Source: an uncultured cyanobacterium
GTDB lineage: Bacteria > Cyanobacteriota > Cyanobacteriia > Cyanobacteriales > Cyanobacteriaceae
Length of the DNA stretch: 64,000 nt
Assembly: GCA_963749915.1 (NCBI GenBank)
Contig: CAVVOP010000005.1
Coordinates: 384,001 to 448,000, forward strand
Reading direction: 5' to 3'
Made by a program: the position numbers and the translations under genes. The notes below the pieces were generated by a model. It was not told the DNA's origin. It saw only the letters and a program-made list of their open reading frames with translations, and ran no database searches. How positions within the stretch are numbered: the first letter of the stretch is position 1; each line of letters begins with the position of its first letter. Below, piece after piece: positions 1 to 10,836 of this stretch.

Positions 1-1539
1 TTGATTGGCTTATATACTGTTCCTTTTCCCTTGTTTTTCTACGCTTTGTTAGGAACATCCCGTCTGATGGTAGTAGGACCTGATTCCGCCACTGCCCTGA
101 TATCTAGTGTAACAGTGGCAGCTTTGGCAACTTCTGGTTCACAAGAATACTTACTTTTAACATCAGCGATCGCTTTTACGGTCGGGATTCTATTTCTGAT
201 GTTTGGTTTATTGAAAATGGGATGGGTTGCGAACTTTATTCCCAACCCTGTGATGAAAGCATTTATTCAGGGATTGGTATGGGTGACAATTATTGGTCAG
301 GTTCCCAAACTTTTAGGAATTGAAGGGGGTTCGGGTAATTTTTGGCAAAGACTCGCCGCAATTATTCGTCATCTTCCCCAGACAAATATTACAACCGCCG
401 TTATTGGTATTGGTAGTATCGTCATTTTATTTGTCCTCAAGGAATATTTCCCCAAGATTCCTTCTGCTTTAACTACGGCAGTTGTGGCAATTTTAACGGT
501 TACCTTCTTAGGATTAGAAGACACAGGAGTTGAGTTAATTGGTTCTCTTGATGCCAGCTTACCCCCGTTGAATCTGCCGATGGTTTCTCTGAACCAACTT
601 CAAGGAATTATTGGTGGTTCATTGGCGATCGTACTCATAGGCTACGCAGAAACCTTGGGTTCAGCTAAGGCAGCAGCGGAAAAAACCGGGGAAGAAATAG
701 ATCCCAACCAAGAACTAATTAGCTTAGGCCCTGCCAACTTAGCCGCTGGCTTAAGTTCAGGCTTTTTAGTGGTGGGAAGCCTCTCTAAAACCTCAATATC
801 TATGTCCTCTGGAGGAAAAACTCAGGTATCTTCTATAGTTCATGGGATCTTTGTTTTATTGACCTTATTATTTTTGATGCCCCTCTTTAGCAATCTTCCC
901 CATGCCACTCTCGCTGCTATTGTTATAGAAGCCATGCTAGGTTTGGCCAACATTAGTTATTTTAAGAACTTACGTCGGCTCGGGAAGATAGAACATGCCG
1001 TTGCCCTCTTAGCGTTTTTTGGCGTACTTTTTGTCGGTGTATTAGAAGGAATCGGTTTGGGGGTTATTGCAGCAATTCTGCTTTTGATTCATCGAGCTAG
1101 TCATCCTGATACTGCTGTTTTAGGACAAATTCCCAACACTCAAATGTATCGTGATCTTGTCCTTCATCCAGAGGCAATTACTTTTCCTGGTTTGTTAATT
1201 TTTCGTTTTGGCAGTAGTTTAATTTTTCCCAATGCCAATTATTTTCGCAGTTCTTTAAAACAGAAAATTCGTGAATCAACCACTCCTGTTAAAACAGTGC
1301 TAATTGATGCAGAAATCATTAACCTAATTGATGCAACTTCATTAGAGATGCTCGGCAAACTGCACTTAGAATTAGCTAAAGAAAATATTGTTTTATCTTG
1401 GGCAAGATTGCGAGATCCTTTATATACAGAGATGCGAAAAGCTGGATTAGTTGAAGAAATAGGAGAAAGCAATTTTTATGACCGAGTTACTGATGGGATC
1501 GAGGCTTTTGTCGCAGCGGTAAAAAAACAACGGTCATGA
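1..1539 (+). CDS. SulP/SLC26 family anion transporter with C-terminal STAS domain (5' end outside window)
   Basis: Motifs GLY..P, VGPDSA and NQELI.LG.AN; many TM helices; C-terminal STAS (LIFPNA, LIDAE..NLID). Confidence 0.9.
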   Translation: MIGLYTVPFPLFFYALLGTSRLMVVGPDSATALISSVTVAALATSGSQEYLLLTSAIAFTVGILFLMFGLLKMGWVANFIPNPVMKAFIQGLVWVTIIGQVPKLLGIEGGSGNFWQRLAAIIRHLPQTNITTAVIGIGSIVILFVLKEYFPKIPSALTTAVVAILTVTFLGLEDTGVELIGSLDASLPPLNLPMVSLNQLQGIIGGSLAIVLIGYAETLGSAKAAAEKTGEEIDPNQELISLGPANLAAGLSSGFLVVGSLSKTSISMSSGGKTQVSSIVHGIFVLLTLLFLMPLFSNLPHATLAAIVIEAMLGLANISYFKNLRRLGKIEHAVALLAFFGVLFVGVLEGIGLGVIAAILLLIHRASHPDTAVLGQIPNTQMYRDLVLHPEAITFPGLLIFRFGSSLIFPNANYFRSSLKQKIRESTTPVKTVLIDAEIINLIDATSLEMLGKLHLELAKENIVLSWARLRDPLYTEMRKAGLVEEIGESNFYDRVTDGIEAFVAAVKKQRS

Positions 1540-1542
1540 AGT

Positions 1543-3366
1543 ATGAATCTAAAAGCGATCGCCTTAGAAGCAAATCAGCTCCTTAATCAGCAATTTATAA
1601 ACCTTAATCATATTTATCTAATGTTTATGCACACAGATAGTTTTATTAATTTACTTACTGCTATGTTTAGGAAAAAAAACTCTCTTGCGAAGATTTGTCT
1701 ACAAATTTTTGGTTTGTGTAGTCTTGGTATCTTAACGACACTTAATGTCTCATTACCTGTTAATTCTGCTGAAGAAATTGATTTTGTTTATAGTCCCATT
1801 AAAGAAACTCTCAAGGTGAGCTCTTTGGAAAAATTTGTTCAAGACGGAACCATCGACGAAAATCTGGCTTTTTATCTGAATATTGCTAAGCCAAGTGAAG
1901 AAGAAAAAGAACTGTTCCGTAAACTATTAACCAAAAAAATAGATATCGATCCGATTCTTCTCTCCCGTTTACTCAAAACCGATGAAGGGGATCGTCTCTT
2001 AACTTTTTTTGGCGATATTATCATCAATATTCAAGGAGGAAGTAGTGGCAAAATTGCTCTCAGAGGTGCAATTGCTTCTGCCGCTTTGGATCAAGAAGAA
2101 GGTTTAACCTTACTCAATTTTTTACGAAATTTATCTGTAGATGTACAAATTGATGTCAGAAAAGCGATCGCTTTTGCTAAAGATATTGATATTGTGGTAG
2201 ATGGGAGTAAAAAGTTTGTTGATAAAGTAGCTCAACTATCAGCCCAAGAAGGTCAACAAAGTCCGAAGATTGATTTTGCCCAGTTACCTGATTTACGCCA
2301 ACCAGGCAAATTTGCTGTAGAGGAAAAAACTTGGAATTTGAATGATACTAAACGTAATCGTAAGTTTTATGTCAAGGTCTATCAACCTAAACAGTGGCGA
2401 GAAGGAAAAACTCCCGTGGTGATCGCTTCTCATGGTCTAGCAGCTAAACCAAGTGACTATGCGGAAAAACTTAAACATTTGGTTAGTTATGGCTTTGTGG
2501 TGGTAGCACCTCAACATATTGGCAGTGATCATATCTACGCCCAAGAATTTAAAGAAGGTTACTATCAGGATCTTTCCGATATTAATGAATTTATTAATCG
2601 TCCTCTTGATATTAGTTTCACTTTGGATGAATTAGAACGACGTAATCAAAGTGAATTTGAGGGCAGGTTAGACTTAGATAATGTCGGTATGTATGGTCAT
2701 TCCTATGGTGGTTATACCGCATTAGCGATCGCAGGTGCAACTCCAGCGATTAATTTTGAACAGTTAGCAAGAGATTGTGGTAAGCAAATTCATCAATTAA
2801 ATACATCTTTACTATTACAGTGTCGGGCATCAAAATTAGAGCCTAAAAGCTATGATTTTCGAGATAAAAGAGTTAAAGCAGTAATTGCTTCAAATCCAGT
2901 TAATGCCAGTATTTTTGGTGAAAAAGGCTTAAGTCACATTCAAATTCCCATTGCCATAGGTGCGGGCAATTATGACCCCGCTACGCCGTTTATCTTCGAG
3001 CAAGTACGTACTTTTCCCTGGATTACTTCCCCTCAAAGATATCTAGTCTTGGAAGAAGGACAAGCCCATGTGGATATTTCAGAACTCGATGCAGGAGCTT
3101 CCAAATTGCTCAAAGCTATTCCTGATTTACACTTAGCGAGTCCAGAATTGCTGAGTGAATATTCTAAATCATTGATGTTGGCATTTTATGAAGTTCATAT
3201 CGCCCAAAACTCCGATTATCTTCCTTACCTCAATCCTTCTTATTCTGCTTATCTCAGTGAAGGAGAAGAGTTTAAAGCTTTTATGATTACAGGAGCCTCC
3301 ACAGATGAATTAGTTGAGGCATTCAATAAATTTAAACAAGAAAATCAACTTGGTACTACTAAATAA
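1543..3366 (+). CDS. Cyanobacterial DUF1400-type alpha/beta hydrolase (true start probably a downstream ATG at about 1627-1663)
   Basis: Signal-like N-terminus, AEEI.F.Y start of the DUF1400-like domain, SHG motif, GHSYGG nucleophile elbow. Confidence 0.85.
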   Translation: MNLKAIALEANQLLNQQFINLNHIYLMFMHTDSFINLLTAMFRKKNSLAKICLQIFGLCSLGILTTLNVSLPVNSAEEIDFVYSPIKETLKVSSLEKFVQDGTIDENLAFYLNIAKPSEEEKELFRKLLTKKIDIDPILLSRLLKTDEGDRLLTFFGDIIINIQGGSSGKIALRGAIASAALDQEEGLTLLNFLRNLSVDVQIDVRKAIAFAKDIDIVVDGSKKFVDKVAQLSAQEGQQSPKIDFAQLPDLRQPGKFAVEEKTWNLNDTKRNRKFYVKVYQPKQWREGKTPVVIASHGLAAKPSDYAEKLKHLVSYGFVVVAPQHIGSDHIYAQEFKEGYYQDLSDINEFINRPLDISFTLDELERRNQSEFEGRLDLDNVGMYGHSYGGYTALAIAGATPAINFEQLARDCGKQIHQLNTSLLLQCRASKLEPKSYDFRDKRVKAVIASNPVNASIFGEKGLSHIQIPIAIGAGNYDPATPFIFEQVRTFPWITSPQRYLVLEEGQAHVDISELDAGASKLLKAIPDLHLASPELLSEYSKSLMLAFYEVHIAQNSDYLPYLNPSYSAYLSEGEEFKAFMITGASTDELVEAFNKFKQENQLGTTK

Positions 3367-3369
3367 AAT

Positions 3370-4638
3370 ATGAAAACTCATTCTTATTGGCTTGATACCC
3401 TGGAAAATCCTATTTCTGCTCCTGAAACAGAACTTCCACAGGAAACAGACTTAGTTATTGTTGGGGCGGGAATTACCGGACTAACCACGGCAATTTTTAC
3501 CGCCAAAGCAGGGATAAATGTTACCATTATCGAGAAAAATCAAGTAGGATATGGTGCTAGTACTCGTAATGGAGGTCAAACCTTAGCGGGGTTAAAGTTA
3601 TCTCCTGGTGCTTTAGTCAAACAATACGGAAAAGATCAAGCCGTCGCCTTTTATCAAGAAACATTAAAAGCTATTGATGGCTTAGAACAATTCCTCACAA
3701 AACATCAAATCCAATGTGATTTTAGTCGAGCAGGAGGATTATGGGCGGCTTGCACTCCCGGACATTATAACGGCTTTGCTGCGGCACAAAAGCTGCTAGC
3801 AGAAGTTTATCAGCACGAAACCACCTTAGTTAGCCCAGAAAATCTGCGACAAGAACTAGGGACAAACTATTATCAGGGAGGATTATTAGATCCTCTCAGT
3901 GGGGGACTTAATCCAGCGAAATATGTACAAGGATTAATGAAGGTTGCTTTAGAATCTGGAGTTAAAATCGTCGCCAAAACCGAAGTTAACAGTATTCAGA
4001 AGCGTCAAGACAGTGGATTTGCAGTGGAGACTTCCCAAGGAAAGATTGTGACGGATAAGATTGCCATTGCTACTAATGGTTATACTCCAGACTTCCTCAG
4101 GGCGATTCGCCGTCGTGTTATCCCTATTGGCAGTTATATTATTGCCACAGAACAACTAGATGAAAATATAGCAAAGGAATTAATTATCAATAACCGTTTG
4201 GTATTTGATTCCAAAAAATATCTCCATTATTTTCGCGTCTATGATCGCCGTTTGATTTTTGGTGGTAGAGCCAGTTATGTAGAAATTGATCCCATAGTTT
4301 CAGCTAAACGTATGATTCCTCAAATGCAGGCTATTTTTCCCCAATTAGAGAAGGTGGAAATTGAATATTCTTGGGTCGGATATGTAGGATTTACCTTCGA
4401 TCAAATGCCTCATCTCGGTCAAATGGGTGATGTTTACTACAGTATGGGTTATTGTGGTCATGGAGTGGCTAATGCTTTCCATTTTGGACGTAATTTGGCG
4501 GATTTAATCTTAGAAAAACCGACTGACTTTCCTTTTCTTAATCTCAAAACTCCCAGCAATCCTTTATACTATAATCGGGCTTGGTTTCTACCTATTGTAG
4601 GAGCTTGGTACAAACTCAAAGATGTTTTGGCGAGCTAA
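3370..4638 (+). CDS. FAD-dependent amine/amino-acid oxidoreductase (PuuB/DadA-like)
   Basis: SYW N-terminus, GAGITG, GASTRNGG, ATNGY, GYCGHGV motifs. Confidence 0.88.
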   Translation: MKTHSYWLDTLENPISAPETELPQETDLVIVGAGITGLTTAIFTAKAGINVTIIEKNQVGYGASTRNGGQTLAGLKLSPGALVKQYGKDQAVAFYQETLKAIDGLEQFLTKHQIQCDFSRAGGLWAACTPGHYNGFAAAQKLLAEVYQHETTLVSPENLRQELGTNYYQGGLLDPLSGGLNPAKYVQGLMKVALESGVKIVAKTEVNSIQKRQDSGFAVETSQGKIVTDKIAIATNGYTPDFLRAIRRRVIPIGSYIIATEQLDENIAKELIINNRLVFDSKKYLHYFRVYDRRLIFGGRASYVEIDPIVSAKRMIPQMQAIFPQLEKVEIEYSWVGYVGFTFDQMPHLGQMGDVYYSMGYCGHGVANAFHFGRNLADLILEKPTDFPFLNLKTPSNPLYYNRAWFLPIVGAWYKLKDVLAS

Positions 4639-4699
4639 CAGTAATCGTTGAAGATATCTATGATAATAATTTCCAATCAATAAAAATATCGTAATTTTC

Positions 4700-4948
4700 A
4701 TGAGTCTTTATAGATTATTAAAAATTTTATTGATTATTTATTTGTCTTTAAATCCTATTACTGTTAAAGCACAAATCAAAGAAGAACAAATCACTAACAA
4801 TCAATCAGCTAATTCGTCAAAACTAAAAGTAGGAGTAGCTGGTGAACCTCTTGGAGTAATAGTCAAATTTGATGACAAGAATGATCAAACAGCCACAGGA
4901 GTAAGCATAGAAGTGTGGGAAAAATTGGCAGAAGAATTAAATTTAGAA
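4700..4948 (+). pseudogene. 5' fragment of an amino-acid-binding periplasmic domain protein (SBP_bac_3 / GluR0-like channel), truncated by IS1634
   Basis: Signal peptide then LKVGVAGEP...TGVSIEVWEKLAEELNLE; similarity stops at the IS terminal repeat at 4949. Confidence 0.7.
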
Positions 4949-7046
4949 CCCACATTCCGCACGTCACTTTGTAAGATGATAAAAGTATTAAAACCAAGCA
5001 ACTTATTTTGGACAAAATATAAGTAATAATACTCAATATCTTCTTTATTCGCGTTTTGTACTTGCGAACTTTGCTCAAATTAAAATCTCATTGTCAATAA
5101 CTTCACCTTTAATGAGAATAAATAAACAGAGCAAATCTATCAGTTTTCTCTTCTTTATTTATGGTATTATAATTGAGAATGTTTAGACTCTTAAATCCCA
5201 TAAGTTATCCAGATAAAATATAATAATTATGACAAGAAATCGGGAAAAAACTTAAAATTAGTTTTCGTTCATTTGTTAGATTTACTATCTGTTTTATTCC
5301 TTGATTTATTACTAAATGAATCCCCTGAAAACATTGAAATATCCATCTTAACGTTGGACGTTCCGTTAGTTTTCCTAGCTGATTTTTTATCCCCGTTTTT
5401 CTCTCCTCTAATAAGCGACGCACTTCTCTTTGCCCCAAAGAATAGACTAACAGACATAACCCCATCAACATTGCCATTGTTTCGATTCTTTTTGGGGTTT
5501 TTAAAAACACACTATCGGCAAAAAATAATGGATCTTTCAGAAAACTAAAACCTCTTTCTGCGGCTTGTTGCTCTTTATACTTAATTAAAATTTCATCAGA
5601 ATTAAATTTACTTTTATCCAATCTATTTGTAGCTAACACAAATCTTCCTGCTCTTTTTTTTGATTCGTTTATTTTCGTTAAATCTGATTTCAAAATAGCC
5701 GTAACTTGATAAGTTTTTCCCGATTTTTCTTCTTTCTTTTTCGATTTTTTCTTGTGATTATTTAACTCACTTTCTGTCATTTTTAGCTCGGTTATGTGAT
5801 GATATTTTAAAGTCTTATTTAGTCTCACAACTGTTTCATAAGCTCCCTCTGATGAGCTAAATTCTTCTTTCATCAATTTCTTTAATATTTCTTCGGTTTT
5901 TTCTTTTTCTTTCTCTATTTTTTCCCTTAGTTTTTCTAGCTCTGATACTTTTCTTTTTTCACTTTCTACTATTAACCATCTTTGCTCAATTTCTGCATAA
6001 TTATTCCTTACTTCATACCATAAATATCCCTCTAAACTACTTGGAGTCAAATCAGATTCTGATAGTTCTGAAACTAAATTTTTTGCCTCTTTTATTGATA
6101 GTGGCACTCTCGATAACCATTCTATTCCACTCATTAATTTCAGGTTATTTTCTGTATATAAGGCACTATCACCCACTATCATCGTCTCAAAATCTATCAT
6201 TGATTTGTATTCTTTCGCTATTTTGCCGAAAACTGCTTTATCATTTTCATTGCCATCTGCTACTCTTAAAAATAAAGGAATATCACCATCACTACTCACA
6301 ATTAAATCCAAAATAAATTGTTTTAAATCTGGTCGATGGTCACGGGAATAACCTTTAATTATCCTAATTGGAATTTGATTAATTAACTCTAATTCTGCAT
6401 TTTCTTTCACCAAATTTTTGGTGATTTTTTCCTGACTATATTTCCCCTCTACCGCAAAAGAAGTTGAATCTAAATGAGAAAAATCTATGTTGATATTATA
6501 TTTTTTTACTGTGGCTAAAGCAATAATTAAAAATAATGAAGATAATCCTTTTTCATAAAGTTTATCCATTATTCTTCCAATTCTATCATCGTTCAAATGC
6601 TCAGGTAGTATTCCTTTTCCGATTAAATGTTCTGTGGCTTTGTCTTTAAAAAACTGTGGAAATAGATAAAGAGGTCGAGAAATAAATCCTAATCCGTTCA
6701 GAATAATTGCTTTGACTATTTGACCTGCTGTCACGATTTCCCTCTCGTCAATACCGAGGGCATCATTAATAATTTCTTCAATGCCAATTTCATCTATAAC
6801 TCCAGCAATTAATCCTAAATGATTAATGGTTTGAACTTGTATATCTTCTGAAAACATCATTTCCAAAATTAAATTAAAAACTGAATTTAATTATCCCTTA
6901 AACGTTGCTCATTTTTCTACTAATTTATCTGAGTTCTCTTGATAAGCTAGAGAACTAATCACCGAGTATTTCTTGTCGTAGTCAATCACTGTTCAACCTC
7001 TAACCTCGTAATCTGAATTTATACAGTTTGACGTGCGGAATGTGGG
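4949..7046 (-). mobile_element. IS1634-family insertion sequence
   Basis: Perfect 18-bp terminal inverted repeats CCCACATTCCGCACGTCA (4949-4966) / TGACGTGCGGAATGTGGG (7029-7046) flank the transposase; no target duplication visible. Confidence 0.92.
5205..6866 (-). CDS. IS1634-family DDE transposase, apparently intact
   Basis: HLGLIAG..DEIG, HLDSTSF, GYSRDHRPDLKQF, ERGFSFLKDP, RPTLRWIFQCF motifs. Confidence 0.95.
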   Translation of the reverse strand: MEMMFSEDIQVQTINHLGLIAGVIDEIGIEEIINDALGIDEREIVTAGQIVKAIILNGLGFISRPLYLFPQFFKDKATEHLIGKGILPEHLNDDRIGRIMDKLYEKGLSSLFLIIALATVKKYNINIDFSHLDSTSFAVEGKYSQEKITKNLVKENAELELINQIPIRIIKGYSRDHRPDLKQFILDLIVSSDGDIPLFLRVADGNENDKAVFGKIAKEYKSMIDFETMIVGDSALYTENNLKLMSGIEWLSRVPLSIKEAKNLVSELSESDLTPSSLEGYLWYEVRNNYAEIEQRWLIVESEKRKVSELEKLREKIEKEKEKTEEILKKLMKEEFSSSEGAYETVVRLNKTLKYHHITELKMTESELNNHKKKSKKKEEKSGKTYQVTAILKSDLTKINESKKRAGRFVLATNRLDKSKFNSDEILIKYKEQQAAERGFSFLKDPLFFADSVFLKTPKRIETMAMLMGLCLLVYSLGQREVRRLLEERKTGIKNQLGKLTERPTLRWIFQCFQGIHLVINQGIKQIVNLTNERKLILSFFPISCHNYYILSG

Positions 7047-7627
7047 TTTTAAGTAAATCTGCCTGTAAATATCAGGAAATGGTAGATAAGACGCGATCGC
7101 ATTTTCCTAAATTTTGGTACGAAGAGGGTGGTTATTGTTACGACGTAATTGATTCTCCTGATGGCAATGATCCCAGTTTTCGCCCCAATCAAATTTTCGC
7201 CGTGTCATTACCTTCAATGGTTTTGGACACAAGCCTTGCACCCCTACAACCAGAACAACAAAAAATGGTAGTAGATAAGGTAGGACAAAAATTACTTACT
7301 TCTTATGGATTGCGATCGCTATCAACGCAACACCCCGATTATGTGGGAATCTATGGCGGAAACCAATTACAAAGAGATGGTAGTTATCATCAGGGTACTA
7401 CTTGGGCTTGGTTAATCGGTCATTTTATTCAAGCTCATCTACAAGTTTATCACCATCCCGAACTAGCCCGTAGTTTCCTTTTACCAATGGCTAATCATTT
7501 ACAGGATGGTTGTATCGGCAGCATCAGCGAAATTTTTGACGGGGATGCACCATTTATCCCCAGAGGTTGCTTTGCCCAAGCTTGGAGTGTAGCCGAGGTG
7601 CTAAGGGGGTGGCTATTGACCAATTAA
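7047..7627 (+). pseudogene. 3' fragment of a glycogen debranching enzyme (amylo-alpha-1,6-glucosidase), 5' part missing at the IS end
   Basis: RPNQIFAVSL, YGLRSL, YHQGTTWAWL, SEIFDGD.P..PRGCFAQAWSVAE are C-terminal GDE motifs; the ORF start codon lies inside the IS repeat. Confidence 0.88.
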
Positions 7628-7654
7628 ATGTGATACACCCCTCATCCCAAGGGG

Positions 7655-7832
7655 CTACGTACACAAGTCATTAATAATTGCCCAGTCTCGTTTAGATTAG
7701 ATTAGATCCCCCCTAGCCCCCCTTCAAAAGGGAAGTAGAGTCAAAGTCCCCCTTATTAAGGGGGATTAAGGGGGATTTAGGGGGATCGAGGAGCATTTCG
7801 CTCCTTAACCTCCAGATATGTGTACACGGTAG
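7655..7832. mobile_element. MITE, 178 bp, with 9-bp target duplication CCCAAGGGG
   Basis: CCCAAGGGG at 7646-7654 and 7833-7841; ends CTACGTACACA / TGTGTACACGGTAG; internal C-run/G-run palindromes. Confidence 0.8.
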
Positions 7833-7974
7833 CCCAAGGGGAGAGGGGGAAAGAATAGTTTTTGTTTTTTATCAATGCCTAAGTCCTACAAGAGTTTCTA
7901 TTGAAATCTTCGTAAAAAAAAGTTCTTAGCTAAAAACTTTTTCAATTCATGCTCATTAAATAGGTAAATTAACC

Positions 7975-9060
7975 ATGAAAAAGCAATTAATAAAAGGTTT
8001 CTCTTTATTCTTTTTGACTACTTTTATTTTTACTACCATTAATGTAAACCATCCAACTGTTAGTCAAAATGTACCTAATCTAAATAATATTACTGCTCAA
8101 AATAAAACTACTGCCTTTTTATCCCCTGTTAAAGAGGTAGAGTCAGCAGGAATAACAGTCGATGATATGGAAAAAGCGATCGCATTTTATTCCGAAGTGC
8201 TATCTTTTCAGAAGATTTCTGATGTGGAAGTTTGGGGTAGTGAATACGAACATCTACAAGGTTTATTTGGGATTAGAATGCGGGTAGTAAGGATGCAATT
8301 AGGTGAGGAAGTTTTGGAATTAACCGAATATTTAACCCCTAAAGGTAAACCAATGTCCGTTGATTCTCGGAGTAACGATCGCACTTTTCAACACATTGCT
8401 ATTGTTGTCAGCGATATGGATCAAGCTTATCAGCATTTAAGAGAAAATAAGGTACAGCAAGTTTCTACTGCACCCCAACGTTTACCAGAATACCTAACAG
8501 CAGCAGCAGGAATTGAAGCGTTTTACTTCCGCGATCCTGATGGACATAATCTTGAGATTATTCACTTTCCTGATGGTAAAGGCGATCCGAGATGGCAAAG
8601 TCCGACAGATAAATTATTTTTAGGTATCGATCATACTGCGATCGCCATTGCTAATACCCCCGCTAGTCTTAATTTCTATCAAGATTTATTAGGACTACAA
8701 CTGAAAGGAGAAAGCACAAATTATGGCAATGAACAAGAACACCTAAACAATGTCTTTGGTGCGAGGTTACATATTAGTAGTTTAAAAGCATCAAAAGGAA
8801 TTGGCATTGAGTTTTTAGAATACCTGACACCTAGAGATGGAAAACCTTTTCCTCTTGATGAACGTGCTAATGATTTAATTCACTGGCAAACTACTTTAAT
8901 AGTTGATAATGTAGAAAACCTAGCACAACATCTGGAAAATCAAGGTTATAGTTTAGTTTCTTCTGGAGTAGTAACACTGGGCGATTCCAAATTGGGATTT
9001 AAGAAAGGTTTTTTAGTTCGCGATCCTGATGGTCATGTCTTGCGAATCATTGAAAAATAA
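7975..9060 (+). CDS. Exported VOC/glyoxalase family protein (tandem VOC domains)
   Basis: Signal peptide, HIAIVVSDMD, YFRDPDGHNLE, DHTAI, RDPDGH. Confidence 0.85.
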   Translation: MKKQLIKGFSLFFLTTFIFTTINVNHPTVSQNVPNLNNITAQNKTTAFLSPVKEVESAGITVDDMEKAIAFYSEVLSFQKISDVEVWGSEYEHLQGLFGIRMRVVRMQLGEEVLELTEYLTPKGKPMSVDSRSNDRTFQHIAIVVSDMDQAYQHLRENKVQQVSTAPQRLPEYLTAAAGIEAFYFRDPDGHNLEIIHFPDGKGDPRWQSPTDKLFLGIDHTAIAIANTPASLNFYQDLLGLQLKGESTNYGNEQEHLNNVFGARLHISSLKASKGIGIEFLEYLTPRDGKPFPLDERANDLIHWQTTLIVDNVENLAQHLENQGYSLVSSGVVTLGDSKLGFKKGFLVRDPDGHVLRIIEK

Positions 9061-9088
9061 TACTATACAGTTTAATTGACGAACTTCT

Positions 9089-10789
9089 ATGTTTAAGCGT
9101 CATTATGTCTTGCTCCGCTTCATAATTATAGTAGTAAGTGGTTTCCTCGTCACCCTACTTGTATCATGTATTGCTGTTAATGCTCAATTACCTTCTAATA
9201 AGGAACAGATTGGCAGTTCCCCTAGTACAACTATCGGTACGCAGGAAATTATCACCATGACACCCGTAAAACTCGATGGTAGAACTTTATTTACCATCGC
9301 CGGGATGAGGGCTAATGATAGCAAAACAAGCGAACCGTTAGACAATCGTGCTGAATTTATCGAAGACTCTTTATATAAGTTACTAAAAGAAGATTTTGAG
9401 CCAGAAAGCTTAAGAGTTGAAGTACACGATAAAGGAGATCATACCAAAATTGTCGCCTCTGACAATGACAAGCTTAAGGATGTACCCTTATTTATCCTCA
9501 CTCCCTTAGATGCACGGGTAGCTGGATTTACCTTAGAAGAATCCTCTAACTACATTGCCAAAGTAACTCAGAAAGCACTCAAACAAGCATGGCAAGAAAG
9601 ACAACCAAACTATCTCAGACGACAAGCAAGGTTAGCAGGGATTTTAATTTTAAGTGCGATCGCCTTAAGTACAATGATCTGGCTTTTACAAAAGCAACTC
9701 AAAAAAAGAGAAGTAGCTTTAAGAGAGCAAAAAATCTCCTGCGATCGCCAAATGACAGCCAATATGATGGCTGTGGGGACGGATGAAGAGGAGGTAAGTT
9801 CTACTGGATATTGTCACGAACTAGCAACAGAACAACTCCATAATCGTCGGATGCTTAGTAGTCAAGGTTTGCAAACTTACCTACTACAAGTGACTCAGGT
9901 TGCAATTTGGCTTGGGGTTATTGCTCTAATCTTGGGACTATTTCCTTTTACTCGTGCTTGGGAGTGGACTGTCTTAGAATTACCTTTATTATTGGGTATT
10001 TTAGTAATTGCGATCGCCACGGCTAAAGGAAGTGGTATTTTAGTGGATCGAACCTTAGAAAAATGGCTACAACATCGTCAAACTCTTTCCCCAGAGCAAC
10101 TAGAAAGATGGTTACTTCGGGCTGATAGTTTTGCCCCTATTATCAAAGGCGCGACCGCAACTATTTTAATTACAGCAGCAATTTTATTAGTTTTATCTCG
10201 ATTGGGTATTCCTTTAACTCCCATACTAGCAGGGGCAGGAATCCTCAGTTTAGCCATTTCCCTTGGTTCTCAGCGATTAATAGCCGATTTAATTAGCGGT
10301 ACGTTGATTTTAATGGAAGATCAATATGCGATCGGCGATTTTGTTGCTCTTAACGACAATACTTTTGGCAGGGCGGAACGTCTCAACTTACGTTCAACCT
10401 CTTTGCGTAACCGACAAGGTAATTTAATTACTCTGTCTAATAGTGATATTAAACAAGTTAATAATCTCTCAAAAGATTGGGCGCGGGCAAAATTATATAT
10501 TCCAGTTCATTCTAGTGCTGATGTGGATCGCACCATTGAAGTTATCCAGCAAATAATTGACGAAATGAAAGCCGATAATTTCTGGAGTGAGTTAATTCAA
10601 GAAGCAGAAGTACGAGGAGTTGAAGACATTGATGGTTATGGTTTTACCATTGGTGTGCGCTTTCAAACTAAACCGGGGGTATTTCGTAAAGTGATTCGCG
10701 AATGTCGTCGTCGTCTTAAACCTGCTTTTGACAAGGCTAATATCCAGTTTGCCGAACGCCCGACTTATCCGTCAGCGCAAAATCAATAA
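9089..10789 (+). CDS. MscS-family small-conductance mechanosensitive channel with periplasmic N-domain
   Basis: AGAGILSLAISLGSQRLIADLISG..IL.EDQYAIGD, G..E.LNLRST. Confidence 0.9.
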   Translation: MFKRHYVLLRFIIIVVSGFLVTLLVSCIAVNAQLPSNKEQIGSSPSTTIGTQEIITMTPVKLDGRTLFTIAGMRANDSKTSEPLDNRAEFIEDSLYKLLKEDFEPESLRVEVHDKGDHTKIVASDNDKLKDVPLFILTPLDARVAGFTLEESSNYIAKVTQKALKQAWQERQPNYLRRQARLAGILILSAIALSTMIWLLQKQLKKREVALREQKISCDRQMTANMMAVGTDEEEVSSTGYCHELATEQLHNRRMLSSQGLQTYLLQVTQVAIWLGVIALILGLFPFTRAWEWTVLELPLLLGILVIAIATAKGSGILVDRTLEKWLQHRQTLSPEQLERWLLRADSFAPIIKGATATILITAAILLVLSRLGIPLTPILAGAGILSLAISLGSQRLIADLISGTLILMEDQYAIGDFVALNDNTFGRAERLNLRSTSLRNRQGNLITLSNSDIKQVNNLSKDWARAKLYIPVHSSADVDRTIEVIQQIIDEMKADNFWSELIQEAEVRGVEDIDGYGFTIGVRFQTKPGVFRKVIRECRRRLKPAFDKANIQFAERPTYPSAQNQ

Positions 10790-10836
10790 TTGAAAATAAA
10801 GTCAGATATTAAAAACAATTTAATGGATCACAACCA

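Noticed and set aside
5269..6316. Small ORFs overlapping the IS1634 transposase
   Set aside because: Alternate-frame or antisense shadows of a Lys/Glu-rich gene with no motifs
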